From an uncultured Chthoniobacter sp. (lineage in GTDB: Bacteria; Verrucomicrobiota; Verrucomicrobiia; Chthoniobacterales; Terrimicrobiaceae), in NCBI GenBank assembly GCA_964431635.1, contig CAYSKK010000010.1, positions 80,740 through 144,739 of the forward strand: a stretch of DNA of 64,000 nucleotides, written 5' to 3'. The stretch's first letter is position 1. Each line of letters opens with the position of its first letter. Of the stretch, positions 16,712-25,763 are shown piece by piece. Made by a program: the position numbers and the translations under genes. The notes under the pieces are model-generated. The model searched no databases, was not told the DNA's origin, and saw nothing but the letters and a program-made list of their open reading frames with translations.

Positions 16712-18231
16712 TGTCACCACAGGAAAATCTCGCATGCTATGCTGCGAATACATCATCTCAATACGGTGAAGACGGAATCATAGCCGAAATCTTCCAGAGA
16801 ATCGGGATCCGATCAAAATGCTGTGTGGAGTTCGGGGCCTGGGATGGAAAATACCTGAGCAACACGTGGGCGCTCTGGCACGAGCAGGGGTGGGCCGCTA
16901 TTCTGATTGAGGGGGAAAAGGACCGGCACGCCTCCCTGCAGGCGGATCTCGCCGCGTTTCCAGGCGTCCGGGCGGTTAGCGCATATGTCCGCCCGGAAGG
17001 TGAAAATTCCCTGGATCAGATTCTCGCAAGGGAGTCCTGCCCGCATGATCTCGACCTCCTCTCGATTGATGTGGATGGCGATGAATATCACATCTGGAAG
17101 TCCCTGTCCCGGTTCCGTCCCAGGGTGGTGATCGTGGAACACAACCCAACAATCCCCCCGGAACTCGACCTCGTGCAGAAGCCCGGGGAGTATTTCGGAG
17201 CCTCTTCGGGCTCGCTAACCCGCCTTGCCCACGAGAAAGGCTACCGCCTTGTCGCCTGCACGGATACGAACTCGATTTTCGTTGCAGACGAGGATTTCCC
17301 GAAGCTGGGGATGCCAGAGCCGGACGTCCGCTCGATCTTCCCGCGCACGGGACTGAGTTACCTGATCAATGCCTACGACGGAAGGATCTTCATGTCGCAG
17401 AACCCGGTATATTCCAGGAAAATTCCGGTTGCGAGCGTCCGTCTGATGAAAGAGGAATTGCTGGATGAGTTGCTTCTCAAAGAAGCCAGGCTGGGTGTGC
17501 CGGTGGAAGGGGATAGTTTGCTGACTCCGGTCAAGGTCATTGAGACCACCCCACGGGGACCGAAGCCTCCTTTGCTGGAACAAATCTGGAGGCAGCTCTC
17601 CAACAAGTTGCTGTTCAATTTGCGAATTGTCCGGTTCATTCAGGCGAGACAGAAGGCTCATCAGGAGTTTCAGAAGGCGATTGACCAGTGGAAACTCGCC
17701 GGCAAACCATGCCCTCCTCCCCATGAGGTCAAGCAACTGGTGCTGAGGCATTACGCCAGGAGATATCGTCTCCGGATTTTGGTGGAAACGGGCACCTACT
17801 TGGGAGACATGGTTGCAGCCATGCGGCGGCGGTTTTCCTGTATTTATTCGATCGAACTCGGACAGGAGCTGTGGCAGAAGGCATGCGAGCGGTTTTCTTC
17901 CTGGCCAAAAATCAAAATCCTTCAAGGAGACAGCGCTGTGGTCCTTGGGCAGGTGATGCAGGAAATCAAGCGCCCTGCACTGTTCTGGCTGGATGGACAC
18001 TATTCCGCCGGGATTACGGCAAAAGGCGAGCTGGAAACCCCGATCTTCGCCGAGTTGGAGCACATCTTCGCGCATCGGCTAAAAAATCATGTCATCCTGA
18101 TAGATGACGCCAGGTGTTTCGACGGAACAAATGACTACCCGACCATCGCGTCCTTGAAGGAATTTGTCGCCAAGCGCTCACCGGGAGCGAACGTATCAGT
18201 CACGGACGACATCATCCGCATCACCCCCTGA
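16711..18231 (+). CDS. Two-domain methyltransferase (FkbM-like N-domain + class I methyltransferase-like C-domain)
   Basis: ATG 16711 overlaps the upstream TGA by 1 nt. N-domain: CVEFGAWDGKYLSN, LLSIDVDGDEYHIWKSL, RPRVVIVEHN. C-domain: ILVETGTYLGDMV, IYSIELGQE, LFWLDGHYS, VILIDDARCF. Confidence 0.6.
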   Translation: MSPQENLACYAANTSSQYGEDGIIAEIFQRIGIRSKCCVEFGAWDGKYLSNTWALWHEQGWAAILIEGEKDRHASLQADLAAFPGVRAVSAYVRPEGENSLDQILARESCPHDLDLLSIDVDGDEYHIWKSLSRFRPRVVIVEHNPTIPPELDLVQKPGEYFGASSGSLTRLAHEKGYRLVACTDTNSIFVADEDFPKLGMPEPDVRSIFPRTGLSYLINAYDGRIFMSQNPVYSRKIPVASVRLMKEELLDELLLKEARLGVPVEGDSLLTPVKVIETTPRGPKPPLLEQIWRQLSNKLLFNLRIVRFIQARQKAHQEFQKAIDQWKLAGKPCPPPHEVKQLVLRHYARRYRLRILVETGTYLGDMVAAMRRRFSCIYSIELGQELWQKACERFSSWPKIKILQGDSAVVLGQVMQEIKRPALFWLDGHYSAGITAKGELETPIFAELEHIFAHRLKNHVILIDDARCFDGTNDYPTIASLKEFVAKRSPGANVSVTDDIIRITP

Positions 18232-18235
18232 CAAA

Positions 18236-19297
18236 ATGGCCGAGACCAGACCGATCGACGGGCCTCCGGCTGTGACCGTGCTTCTCCCGGTCTGGAACTG
18301 CCCGGGCTACGTCGGGGCGGCAATCGAGAGCGTCCTGTCCCAGACATACGAGGATTTCGAATTCCTCATTATCGACGATGGATCGACGGACGCGACGCCG
18401 GCCGTCCTTGCCCGCTACACGGATCCGAGGATCCGCCATGTGCGCCAAGAGAACCGCGGTCTGGCGGGCACGCTGAATGTCGGCATCAGCCTGGCCCGGG
18501 GAAAATTTATTGCTCGCCAGGACCAGGATGACTTGTCCCTCCCGGAACGGCTTGAAAAGCAGGTGACCTACATGGAAGCCCATCCGGACTGCGGGTTGCT
18601 CGGAACGTGGGCGCAAATCATGGAGGGCGACCGCTTGGTCGAGCGGTTCCACAGGCATCCGTCCGACCCATCGGAGCTCCGGTATCAACTGCTCTTCAAC
18701 AATCCGTTTGTTCACAGCTCAGTCATGCTGAGGAAGAGCGTGCTGGATGCAACGGGCGGGTATTCTACCGATCCGGAACGACAGCCGCCGGAGGACTACG
18801 AACTGTGGTCGCGCATCATCCGCACGGCCGAAGCTGCCAACCTGCCGGAGGTGCTTCTCTACTACCGGGAAATCCCCGGCAGCATGTCCCGCATGGGCCC
18901 TTCGCCTTTCCGCAGCCGCCTTGTGAGAATTTGTGCGGAGAACATCGCGCGCGAGGCGGGAGCCGATCCGGGTGATCCTCAAATCCTGAACATCGCCGCT
19001 CTGACGCACGGTGCCGCCGAGCTTGTTACGACGAAACCGGATTTCCGCCGGATGCAGAAAATTCTTCTCTCAGCAGTGGACAAGCTGGCATCTTCCGAAA
19101 CGAGGGCATCTCTGGCTGCGGATGCTGTCCACCGTTCCACTGCACTCCGCGGTCTTCACCTCGCGAACACCACGCTGCTCGGCGGTCTGGCCGCAACCCA
19201 GGGTCCCTTTCGTTCTTTGCTGAAGCGTCTTTACCGGATCTTGAAATCTTTCTCCCATCAACCACCCTCCACCGATTCAAGTAGCAACTGCTCATGA
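18236..19297 (+). CDS. Family 2 glycosyltransferase
   Basis: Start ATG 18236. VTVLLPVWNCPGYVGAAIESVLSQTYEDFEFLIIDDGSTD and ARQDQDD. Confidence 0.85.
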   Translation: MAETRPIDGPPAVTVLLPVWNCPGYVGAAIESVLSQTYEDFEFLIIDDGSTDATPAVLARYTDPRIRHVRQENRGLAGTLNVGISLARGKFIARQDQDDLSLPERLEKQVTYMEAHPDCGLLGTWAQIMEGDRLVERFHRHPSDPSELRYQLLFNNPFVHSSVMLRKSVLDATGGYSTDPERQPPEDYELWSRIIRTAEAANLPEVLLYYREIPGSMSRMGPSPFRSRLVRICAENIAREAGADPGDPQILNIAALTHGAAELVTTKPDFRRMQKILLSAVDKLASSETRASLAADAVHRSTALRGLHLANTTLLGGLAATQGPFRSLLKRLYRILKSFSHQPPSTDSSSNCS

Positions 19298-20016
19298 GCC
19301 TGAAATCCCGCATCAAACAATTCATCCGCCCCGCTGCCGCTGAGGCTTGCGGCACCCCATCCGACCCGGCAAAAAACACTCGTTCATCGCAGTTCGAGAT
19401 CGACGGCTGGGTAATCTCCCAGTTTGTTGTCGAAAAAATCGTCCCGGTCGCTGGCGTCCATCCCTTCCCACTCCAGGAGCTGATGTTAATGGCCTCTGCG
19501 GTCTGCCGCCTGCGGCCCCCGATGGTTTTCGAGTGGGGGACGCATATTGGCAAGTCGGCGCGAATCTTTCACGAAACCCTCGCGCATTTCGGAATTCCCG
19601 GCCATGTTCATTCGGTTGACCTGCCCGACGACGTGAGCCATGTCGAACACCCGGGAGAGAAGCGCGGGGCGTTGGTGCAGGGAATTGCCGGGGTCACCCT
19701 GCATCAGGGGGACGGACTGACCACCTCGCTCCAGATTTGGGAAAAGAGCGGCGCACCGGCAAACCCGCTCTTCTTTGTGGACGGAGACCACAGCTACGAG
19801 AGCGTCCGCCGCGAGATCGACGGGATTCTTGGCGGGATTCCCGGCGCCTCCCTTCTTCTACACGACACCTTTTTTCAATCACCGGACTCGGGATACAACG
19901 TCGGCCCGCACCGTGCGGTCGCAGAAACACTGGCGGTAATGCCAGGCAAATTTGAAGTCCTCCACTCCGGGCTCAGCCTTCCGGGCATGACGCTCCTTGC
20001 CCAACTGCCGCGCTGA
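19294..20016 (+). CDS. Class I SAM-dependent methyltransferase (Methyltransf_24/CmcI-like)
   Basis: ATGA overlap start. VFEWGTHIGKSARIF and LFFVDGDHSYESV are typical of this O-methyltransferase group. Confidence 0.55.
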   Translation: MSLKSRIKQFIRPAAAEACGTPSDPAKNTRSSQFEIDGWVISQFVVEKIVPVAGVHPFPLQELMLMASAVCRLRPPMVFEWGTHIGKSARIFHETLAHFGIPGHVHSVDLPDDVSHVEHPGEKRGALVQGIAGVTLHQGDGLTTSLQIWEKSGAPANPLFFVDGDHSYESVRREIDGILGGIPGASLLLHDTFFQSPDSGYNVGPHRAVAETLAVMPGKFEVLHSGLSLPGMTLLAQLPR

Positions 20017-20017
20017 T

Positions 20018-21322
20018 TTGAAAATTCTCCACACGGTTGAGTCTTATCTGCCCGCCCGGCACGGGATGTCGGAGGTTGTCCGACAGGTTTCCGAGCGTCT
20101 CGTCGCAAAAGGCCACGATGTAACCGTCCTGACCGGCACTCATCCGCAGCGCGGAACGGATCCGATAGCGGGAGTGCGTGTGGTGTCATTTCCCGTGTTC
20201 GGAAAGAGCGCTGTCGGCGTTTATGGTGATGTGCAAGGATACCAGCGTTTCCTGTTGGAATCCGATGCCGATGTGATTGTAAATTTTGCCGCACAGCAGT
20301 GGGCGACCGACCTGATTTTTCCGCTCCTTCCCGCACTCAAGGCCAAGAAGGTTTTCGTTCCCACGGGGTTCTCAGCCTTGGGGGACCCGACGTTCGCTTC
20401 CTACTTTGAAAAAATGGGGGAGTGGATGCGTCTTTATGACGCATGCGTCTTCCTTTCTGACGACTACCGCGATATCAACTTCGCTCGCAAGGCTGGCGTT
20501 GAAAAGTGCGCGCTCATTCCGAATGCAGCGGCCGAGGATGAATTCAACAGGCCGCCCGACCCGGAGTTCCGTACTAGGCTGGGAATTCCGGAGGATGATT
20601 TCCTGATCATTCATGTCGCCGGATACCTCTCGGTCGCCAAGGGACAGATCGAAGCCGTACGGATATTCTCCGAATCCCATCTCCGCAATGCCACACTTCT
20701 GCTCATCTGTGGGGAATTCGCGGAGGGGCTCTTCAGCGGATTGAAACCTCGCAAGCTGGCGCGGGCCGCATGGCATTTTTTGCGCGGAAAGGGAATGTCC
20801 GGCTTCCTGCCTGCCTGGCAGATCGGCGCCCACAAATGGCTCGCAAGCCGTCGGAACGAAGCTCACAGCCGCCGGATTCTAACCACCGCCCTCTCCCGCC
20901 GGGATACCGTCAGCGCGTTTCTGGATGCCGATCTCCTGCTCTTTCCCTCGTGGATCGAATGCTCCCCGCTCGTCCTCTTCGAAGCGGCTGCGGCTGCCAC
21001 TCCGTTTCTGGTGACCGATGTCGGGAACTCTGCCGAGATCATCCGCTGGACCGGCGGCGGCCGGATTCTACCAGGGACGCTCAAGCAGGACCGCGAGGGA
21101 TCGGTGATTGCCGACGTCCCCGGCGGGGCGCGCTTGCTCGAGGAGATCTGGCAGGATGGGGAGTGCCGGAAGCGCATGGCCGCCTCCGCACAGTCCGCCT
21201 GGCGGAAGCACTTCACCTGGGAAGTTATCGCCTCCCGGTATGAGGAACTCTACGCGGCCCTGCTCCGCAACGAGGACATCCGGGGAAAATTTACGCCGCC
21301 GCCGCAAAGCTCCCCACTCTGA
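20018..21322 (+). CDS. GT-B fold glycosyltransferase (GT4-like)
   Basis: A TTG at 20018 gives MKILHTVESYLPARHGMSEVV..GHDVTVLTG. The C-terminal FPSWIECSPLVLFEAAAAATPFLVTDVGN is the E-x7-E region. Confidence 0.8.
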   Translation: MKILHTVESYLPARHGMSEVVRQVSERLVAKGHDVTVLTGTHPQRGTDPIAGVRVVSFPVFGKSAVGVYGDVQGYQRFLLESDADVIVNFAAQQWATDLIFPLLPALKAKKVFVPTGFSALGDPTFASYFEKMGEWMRLYDACVFLSDDYRDINFARKAGVEKCALIPNAAAEDEFNRPPDPEFRTRLGIPEDDFLIIHVAGYLSVAKGQIEAVRIFSESHLRNATLLLICGEFAEGLFSGLKPRKLARAAWHFLRGKGMSGFLPAWQIGAHKWLASRRNEAHSRRILTTALSRRDTVSAFLDADLLLFPSWIECSPLVLFEAAAAATPFLVTDVGNSAEIIRWTGGGRILPGTLKQDREGSVIADVPGGARLLEEIWQDGECRKRMAASAQSAWRKHFTWEVIASRYEELYAALLRNEDIRGKFTPPPQSSPL

Positions 21323-21439
21323 ACGGGAGTGATCTTCTCGCCTTTTAAAGGCCGGACGCCCTGCGATCGCTCATCCTTGAAGGTCTGCTCGAAAATCCCT
21401 TAGGGCTGCTGCGGGGGCGCCGCTGATTCCTGAATTCCC

Positions 21440-22333
21440 ATGAACGTTCAAACCCTCATCTTCTCGAAAGACCGCCCACTCCAACTGCATGGCACGCTGG
21501 AGTCGCTTCGTCTCCGGTGCCGGGAGTCCGCCGCACTCCCAGTATCTGTTATCTGCAAGGCCTCGGAGGCGGCCTACGCGGACGGCTACGACATCTTGAA
21601 GAAGGAATTTGGTGGCAGGCTGCAGGTGGAGTGGATTATGGAGACCGACTTCAAAAAAGACCTGCTCGCACAGGTTGAGGATCCCGGCTCAGCGGGGCGG
21701 GGGCTTCTTCATAGGCTCCTCTTGCGCAGGCCCGGCGTGCGGCGTCCCCATGTGATGTTCCTGGTGGACGACAACCTGTTCATCCGCGATTTCTCAATGC
21801 AGCAGGTTGTCCGCAAGCTGGACGCCACGCCCTCGTCCATCGGGTTTTCCCTCCGCGTGGGGAAAAACACCTCGTATTGCTACTCGAACAGGTGCGATCA
21901 GGCGTTTCCGCGTTTCACAGAGCGCGGGGACGGCATCCTCGAGTTTTCCTGGCCTGGGCAAGAGGGGGATTTTGGCTATCCGCTGGAGGTCTCAAGCTCG
22001 GTGTATCGCACGGTGGATGTGATCACGCTGCTCCGGACGCTGCCGTATTCGAATCCCAACCGCCTCGAACAGGGCCTCTCGGTTTCGAGCCGGCTTTTTG
22101 CAAGAAAACATGGTCGCCTCCTGTGCTTCGAACAGTCCGTTGCGTTCTGCGCGCCGGTGAACAAAGTTCAAAGCATCCTCGACAACCGGGCCGGCTCGAC
22201 TGATGAATACTCCAGCGGGGCCCTCAACCGGCTGTTCCTCGACGGTGCGAGAATCGATGTCGAGAAACTCAACTGCTTTGTGCCGAACGCCGCCCACCAG
22301 GAAATCGACCTGCCCCTGATTCGTCAATCATAA
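21440..22333 (+). CDS. Hypothetical protein, possible GT-A-like transferase
   Basis: 297-aa ORF with balanced composition. MNVQTLIFSKDRPLQLHGTLESLRL and FLVDDNLF hint at a nucleotide-sugar transferase start, but no family could be named. Confidence 0.3.
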   Translation: MNVQTLIFSKDRPLQLHGTLESLRLRCRESAALPVSVICKASEAAYADGYDILKKEFGGRLQVEWIMETDFKKDLLAQVEDPGSAGRGLLHRLLLRRPGVRRPHVMFLVDDNLFIRDFSMQQVVRKLDATPSSIGFSLRVGKNTSYCYSNRCDQAFPRFTERGDGILEFSWPGQEGDFGYPLEVSSSVYRTVDVITLLRTLPYSNPNRLEQGLSVSSRLFARKHGRLLCFEQSVAFCAPVNKVQSILDNRAGSTDEYSSGALNRLFLDGARIDVEKLNCFVPNAAHQEIDLPLIRQS

Positions 22334-23439
22334 TGATTACAAATTTGCAGCTTCTAAGAGCATTTGCCGCGCTTGCGGTAGTTCAATATCATACCGCATT
22401 TCCACTCCTAAAAAATAACCAAACTGCATTTCAGGGCGTTGCGATATTTTTTGTCATCAGCGGATTCATCATGACGCATATTGTGCTTCGAGATGATAAA
22501 GAAGCCAGTGGTATTTCCTTTATACTGCACCGAATTATTCGCATTGTTCCAATATACTGGTTTAGTATTTCAGCATTTATAATGCTCAGCAATCTGGGGC
22601 TCCTGAATTTGCCGTATACATTGCCGAGAGTGTTTAACCTTGCTGCGAACGATCCCGCTTCATTTCTAAAATGGATTGCATCGGCGTTCGATACTTCGTA
22701 TTTTACTGCGGCAAGCATTCTCAAAACATACTTTTTTATTCCTTACTTTGATATCAATGGAAATCCTCAGCCAATTTTAGGCGTTGGGTGGACGCTCAAC
22801 ATTGAAATGTTTTTCTATGTTTGTTTCGCATTGGCTCTAAGTTTCGGAAAAAAAATTGCCCCCCCTCTAGCCGCACTCATTGTTCTCGCCGTTAGTATGC
22901 TCGGCCAAATCACCATTAATCCAAGCCCTGCCATCCGGCTCTACTCCTCTGCATATACGCCGCATTTCGTGGCAGGAATTGCTGTTTACTATATCTGGAA
23001 AGCACTAGCTCTGCTCTCGGAAAAAAGCAGGAAAATACTATTTCCTATACTTGGAACAAGCGGCTTAATATTATTTATGTATGTTGAAGTTGCCTCCCCT
23101 GCAAAACTCCTTCAAACACAATTATGGTTAAGGCTAACCATGCCGGCTGTTCTCGTGTTTTCTATGCTTTTGTATCATTCATGTGGATGGCGAATAAAAA
23201 ATTCATTTGTTCTTGCTCTCGGTGCTGCTTCATATGCCCTCTACCTTACTCATACAATTGTTTTCGAGTTGCTGCGTCAGCCTGCCATATACTATAAATG
23301 GCTCGACTTCCAAAGCAGCATTTACGGCTTTTTAATCGCTGTTTGTCTTGCTGTCGTGATTGCACTATTAGTGCACTACTACGTTGAAGTTCCAGCACTC
23401 GGCTTCCTGCGGAAGAAGCTCATTTCAAATAAGGAGTAA
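22333..23439 (+). CDS. Acyltransferase family 3 membrane O-acyltransferase
   Basis: LQLLRAFAALAVVQYHT, FFVISGFIM and about 10 hydrophobic segments. Strongly AT-rich. The start overlaps the upstream stop (TAATG). Confidence 0.85.
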   Translation: MITNLQLLRAFAALAVVQYHTAFPLLKNNQTAFQGVAIFFVISGFIMTHIVLRDDKEASGISFILHRIIRIVPIYWFSISAFIMLSNLGLLNLPYTLPRVFNLAANDPASFLKWIASAFDTSYFTAASILKTYFFIPYFDINGNPQPILGVGWTLNIEMFFYVCFALALSFGKKIAPPLAALIVLAVSMLGQITINPSPAIRLYSSAYTPHFVAGIAVYYIWKALALLSEKSRKILFPILGTSGLILFMYVEVASPAKLLQTQLWLRLTMPAVLVFSMLLYHSCGWRIKNSFVLALGAASYALYLTHTIVFELLRQPAIYYKWLDFQSSIYGFLIAVCLAVVIALLVHYYVEVPALGFLRKKLISNKE

Positions 23440-23481
23440 AAGGAATTGACGTATAAAGATTCCAAAAGCACGCAATTCCTT
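23440..23481 (+). terminator. Stem-loop immediately after the acyltransferase stop (possible terminator/insertion scar)
   Basis: Perfect 9-bp inverted repeat AAGGAATTG (23440-23448) / CAATTCCTT (23473-23481) with a 24-nt loop. No clean U-tract follows. Confidence 0.25.
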
Positions 23482-23530
23482 CTCTGTAATTTCGAGATGT
23501 TGGAAGGTGTGGGGTGCAGGATGATCTGAT

Positions 23531-24346
23531 GTGAAACGAGTCGCTATTCTCATTGCGGTGGCCGCTGGAACTCCTCTGGAGTTCATTGGAAGGGCGCTGT
23601 TTTCAACCGCTTCAAGCCTCACTCCGGATGATATGTTTTTTGTTAGGATTGATGGCGGCGCGATCCCGGATCGCAACTTCCTTCAGGAGGCCAGTGCGCC
23701 CGTACCCGTGAAAATATTTTCCTCACCGGAAAGGAGAGGATTGGCTGCGGGACTTAATCTCCTGGTTCATGAGGTGCTGGGCGAGCCGGGGTGGACCTAT
23801 TTCGCCCGGATGGATGCGGACGACGAGTCCCATCCGGAGCGGATGCTTCGGCAGCTTGATTTCATGGAAAAACATCCGGAAGTGGACATTCTCGGAACCG
23901 GCTGTCGCGAGGTTGATGAAGCCGGTCGCCTCCTTCAGGTGAAAAACATGCCGCTGGCGCATGACCGGATTTTGGAAACTCTTCCATTCCGGAACCCCAT
24001 GAACCACCCCACGGTGATGTTCCGACGGCGGGTGTTCGAAAGCGGTCTCCGTTATCGAACGGATGTTGGCTTGATCGAGGATTATTACCTGTGGACAGAC
24101 GCCGCTGCGGCCGGTTTCCGGTTCGCAAACCTTCCCGATCCACTTCTGAATTTTACGAGAGACAGGCATTTCTTCCAGCGTCGCAGCGGGTGGCGGCAGG
24201 CGAAAGCGGATTTCTCCGCGCGCATCCACGCCATGAAAACCCTGCGCCGGGTCAGTGCAGTCAATTTTTTCCGGGCCCTTGCCGCATTGGGCTTGCGTTT
24301 GATGCCGGCCTCCGCTCAAGAGTTTCTCTACAGGCGCCTGCGCTGA
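23531..24346 (+). CDS. Family 2 glycosyltransferase (AmsE/EpsE-like)
   Basis: GTG start. FARMDADDESHPERMLRQLDFMEKHPEVDILGT and NHPTVMFRR are typical of GT2. Confidence 0.65.
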   Translation: MKRVAILIAVAAGTPLEFIGRALFSTASSLTPDDMFFVRIDGGAIPDRNFLQEASAPVPVKIFSSPERRGLAAGLNLLVHEVLGEPGWTYFARMDADDESHPERMLRQLDFMEKHPEVDILGTGCREVDEAGRLLQVKNMPLAHDRILETLPFRNPMNHPTVMFRRRVFESGLRYRTDVGLIEDYYLWTDAAAAGFRFANLPDPLLNFTRDRHFFQRRSGWRQAKADFSARIHAMKTLRRVSAVNFFRALAALGLRLMPASAQEFLYRRLR

Positions 24347-24362
24347 ATCCGCTTTGCGAAAC

Positions 24363-25763
24363 ATGCTTTCCATCAAAGAAAAAAAAGTCCTCTTTGCGGT
24401 CTCAGATGCCCTCCTTCTCTGCGTTTCGGCAGTGGTGGCGCTGATCCTGGTGCTTTTGATATCGCATTCGACAACAGAGGAGCTGGTTGGACAAATGGGA
24501 TGGGTTGCGCTTTCAGGAATCGTGCTGTTTGCGACGGCCTCTCTCAACGACTGTCTCGATGTCACCAGCTTGAACTCACGGCTCCGGTATCTCCGCCGGT
24601 GGGGAATTTCCTGGCTGATTGCATTCGTCATCTATCTTTTTCTTTTCTTTCTTCTCGGCCGCCCCGGCGGCATGGTTTCGAACGGGCCGGAACTTCCACG
24701 CCTGATCCCCGCCATTTTTTGCGTTCTCTCTCTTTTTTCTGTTCCCATCGGTCGCGGACTTCTCGAGCGCGTTCTGGGAATTTCCATTCGGAAAAAGACA
24801 TGCGTCGTTGTGGGGGCGGGGGGAAGCGGACGCCATTTCGTGGAGGATGTCGCTTCCATCAACCGGGAGTGGGAGGTCATTGCCATTCTCGATGATGATC
24901 CGTCCAAAATCGGGGGTTCCATCCGCGGGGTTCCCGTTGCCGGCAATTGCTCCCAATTACTCCCGCTTGTGGAGAAATATGACATCCAGGAAGTGGTGCT
25001 GGCAATCAGCCATGAAATGCGTCGGGAGGTGATTGAGTCGCTGCTCGTCTGTTTTGAACGGGGCATTGATGTCGTGCCGGTCCAGATTGCCGCAGAGCGA
25101 ACACTCGGCCGGGTTCCGATCAACCACCTTGGCGACAAGTGGCTTCCGACGACGTTCTGGGCCTCCTCTTCCATGCCGCTGTTCTACCGGGTGATCAAGC
25201 GACTGCTGGACCTGCTCGTCTCCCTGATGCTCCTCCTTGTCTCTTCGCCACTGATCCTGTTGGCGGCCCTGGCAACGAAACTCGGATCAAGGGGACCGGT
25301 CTTTTACTTTCAAGAACGTGTCGGCATCCGGGGCGGAACATTCCGGATTGTCAAGATCCGCACGATGGTGGACGACGCGGAAAAGGGAGGCGCGCGGTGG
25401 GCTTCGCAAAACGATAAAAGGATTACGCCTGTCGGGCGGATTCTGCGCGCGGCACGGATCGATGAACTCCCCCAGCTCTTGAACATCCTGCGCGGTGAAA
25501 TGAGTCTGATTGGGCCGAGGCCGGAACGCCCGGAATTCGTCAAGCTGCTCGCCGCCGAGATCCCATACTACCGGGCGAGGCTGTCTGTGCGTCCGGGCCT
25601 CACCGGATGGGCGCAGATCATGTATCGTTACGGAAATTCTGTGGATGATGCCAGGATCAAACTCGAGTATGATCTGTATTATATAAAAAACCGTTCCGTT
25701 TTCCTCGATCTTACGGTGGCATTGCGGACGCTGAAAACCGTCCTGCTGATGAAAGGGACATGA
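24363..25763 (+). CDS. Polyprenyl-phosphate hexose-1-phosphate transferase (WbaP/bacterial sugar transferase family), initiating enzyme
   Basis: N-terminal TM segments, then KRLLDLLVSLMLLLVSSPLILLAALATKLGSRGPVFYFQERVG, RIDELPQLLNILRGEMSLIGPRPERPEF. ATG 24363 (TTG 24354 is also possible). Confidence 0.88.
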   Translation: MLSIKEKKVLFAVSDALLLCVSAVVALILVLLISHSTTEELVGQMGWVALSGIVLFATASLNDCLDVTSLNSRLRYLRRWGISWLIAFVIYLFLFFLLGRPGGMVSNGPELPRLIPAIFCVLSLFSVPIGRGLLERVLGISIRKKTCVVVGAGGSGRHFVEDVASINREWEVIAILDDDPSKIGGSIRGVPVAGNCSQLLPLVEKYDIQEVVLAISHEMRREVIESLLVCFERGIDVVPVQIAAERTLGRVPINHLGDKWLPTTFWASSSMPLFYRVIKRLLDLLVSLMLLLVSSPLILLAALATKLGSRGPVFYFQERVGIRGGTFRIVKIRTMVDDAEKGGARWASQNDKRITPVGRILRAARIDELPQLLNILRGEMSLIGPRPERPEFVKLLAAEIPYYRARLSVRPGLTGWAQIMYRYGNSVDDARIKLEYDLYYIKNRSVFLDLTVALRTLKTVLLMKGT

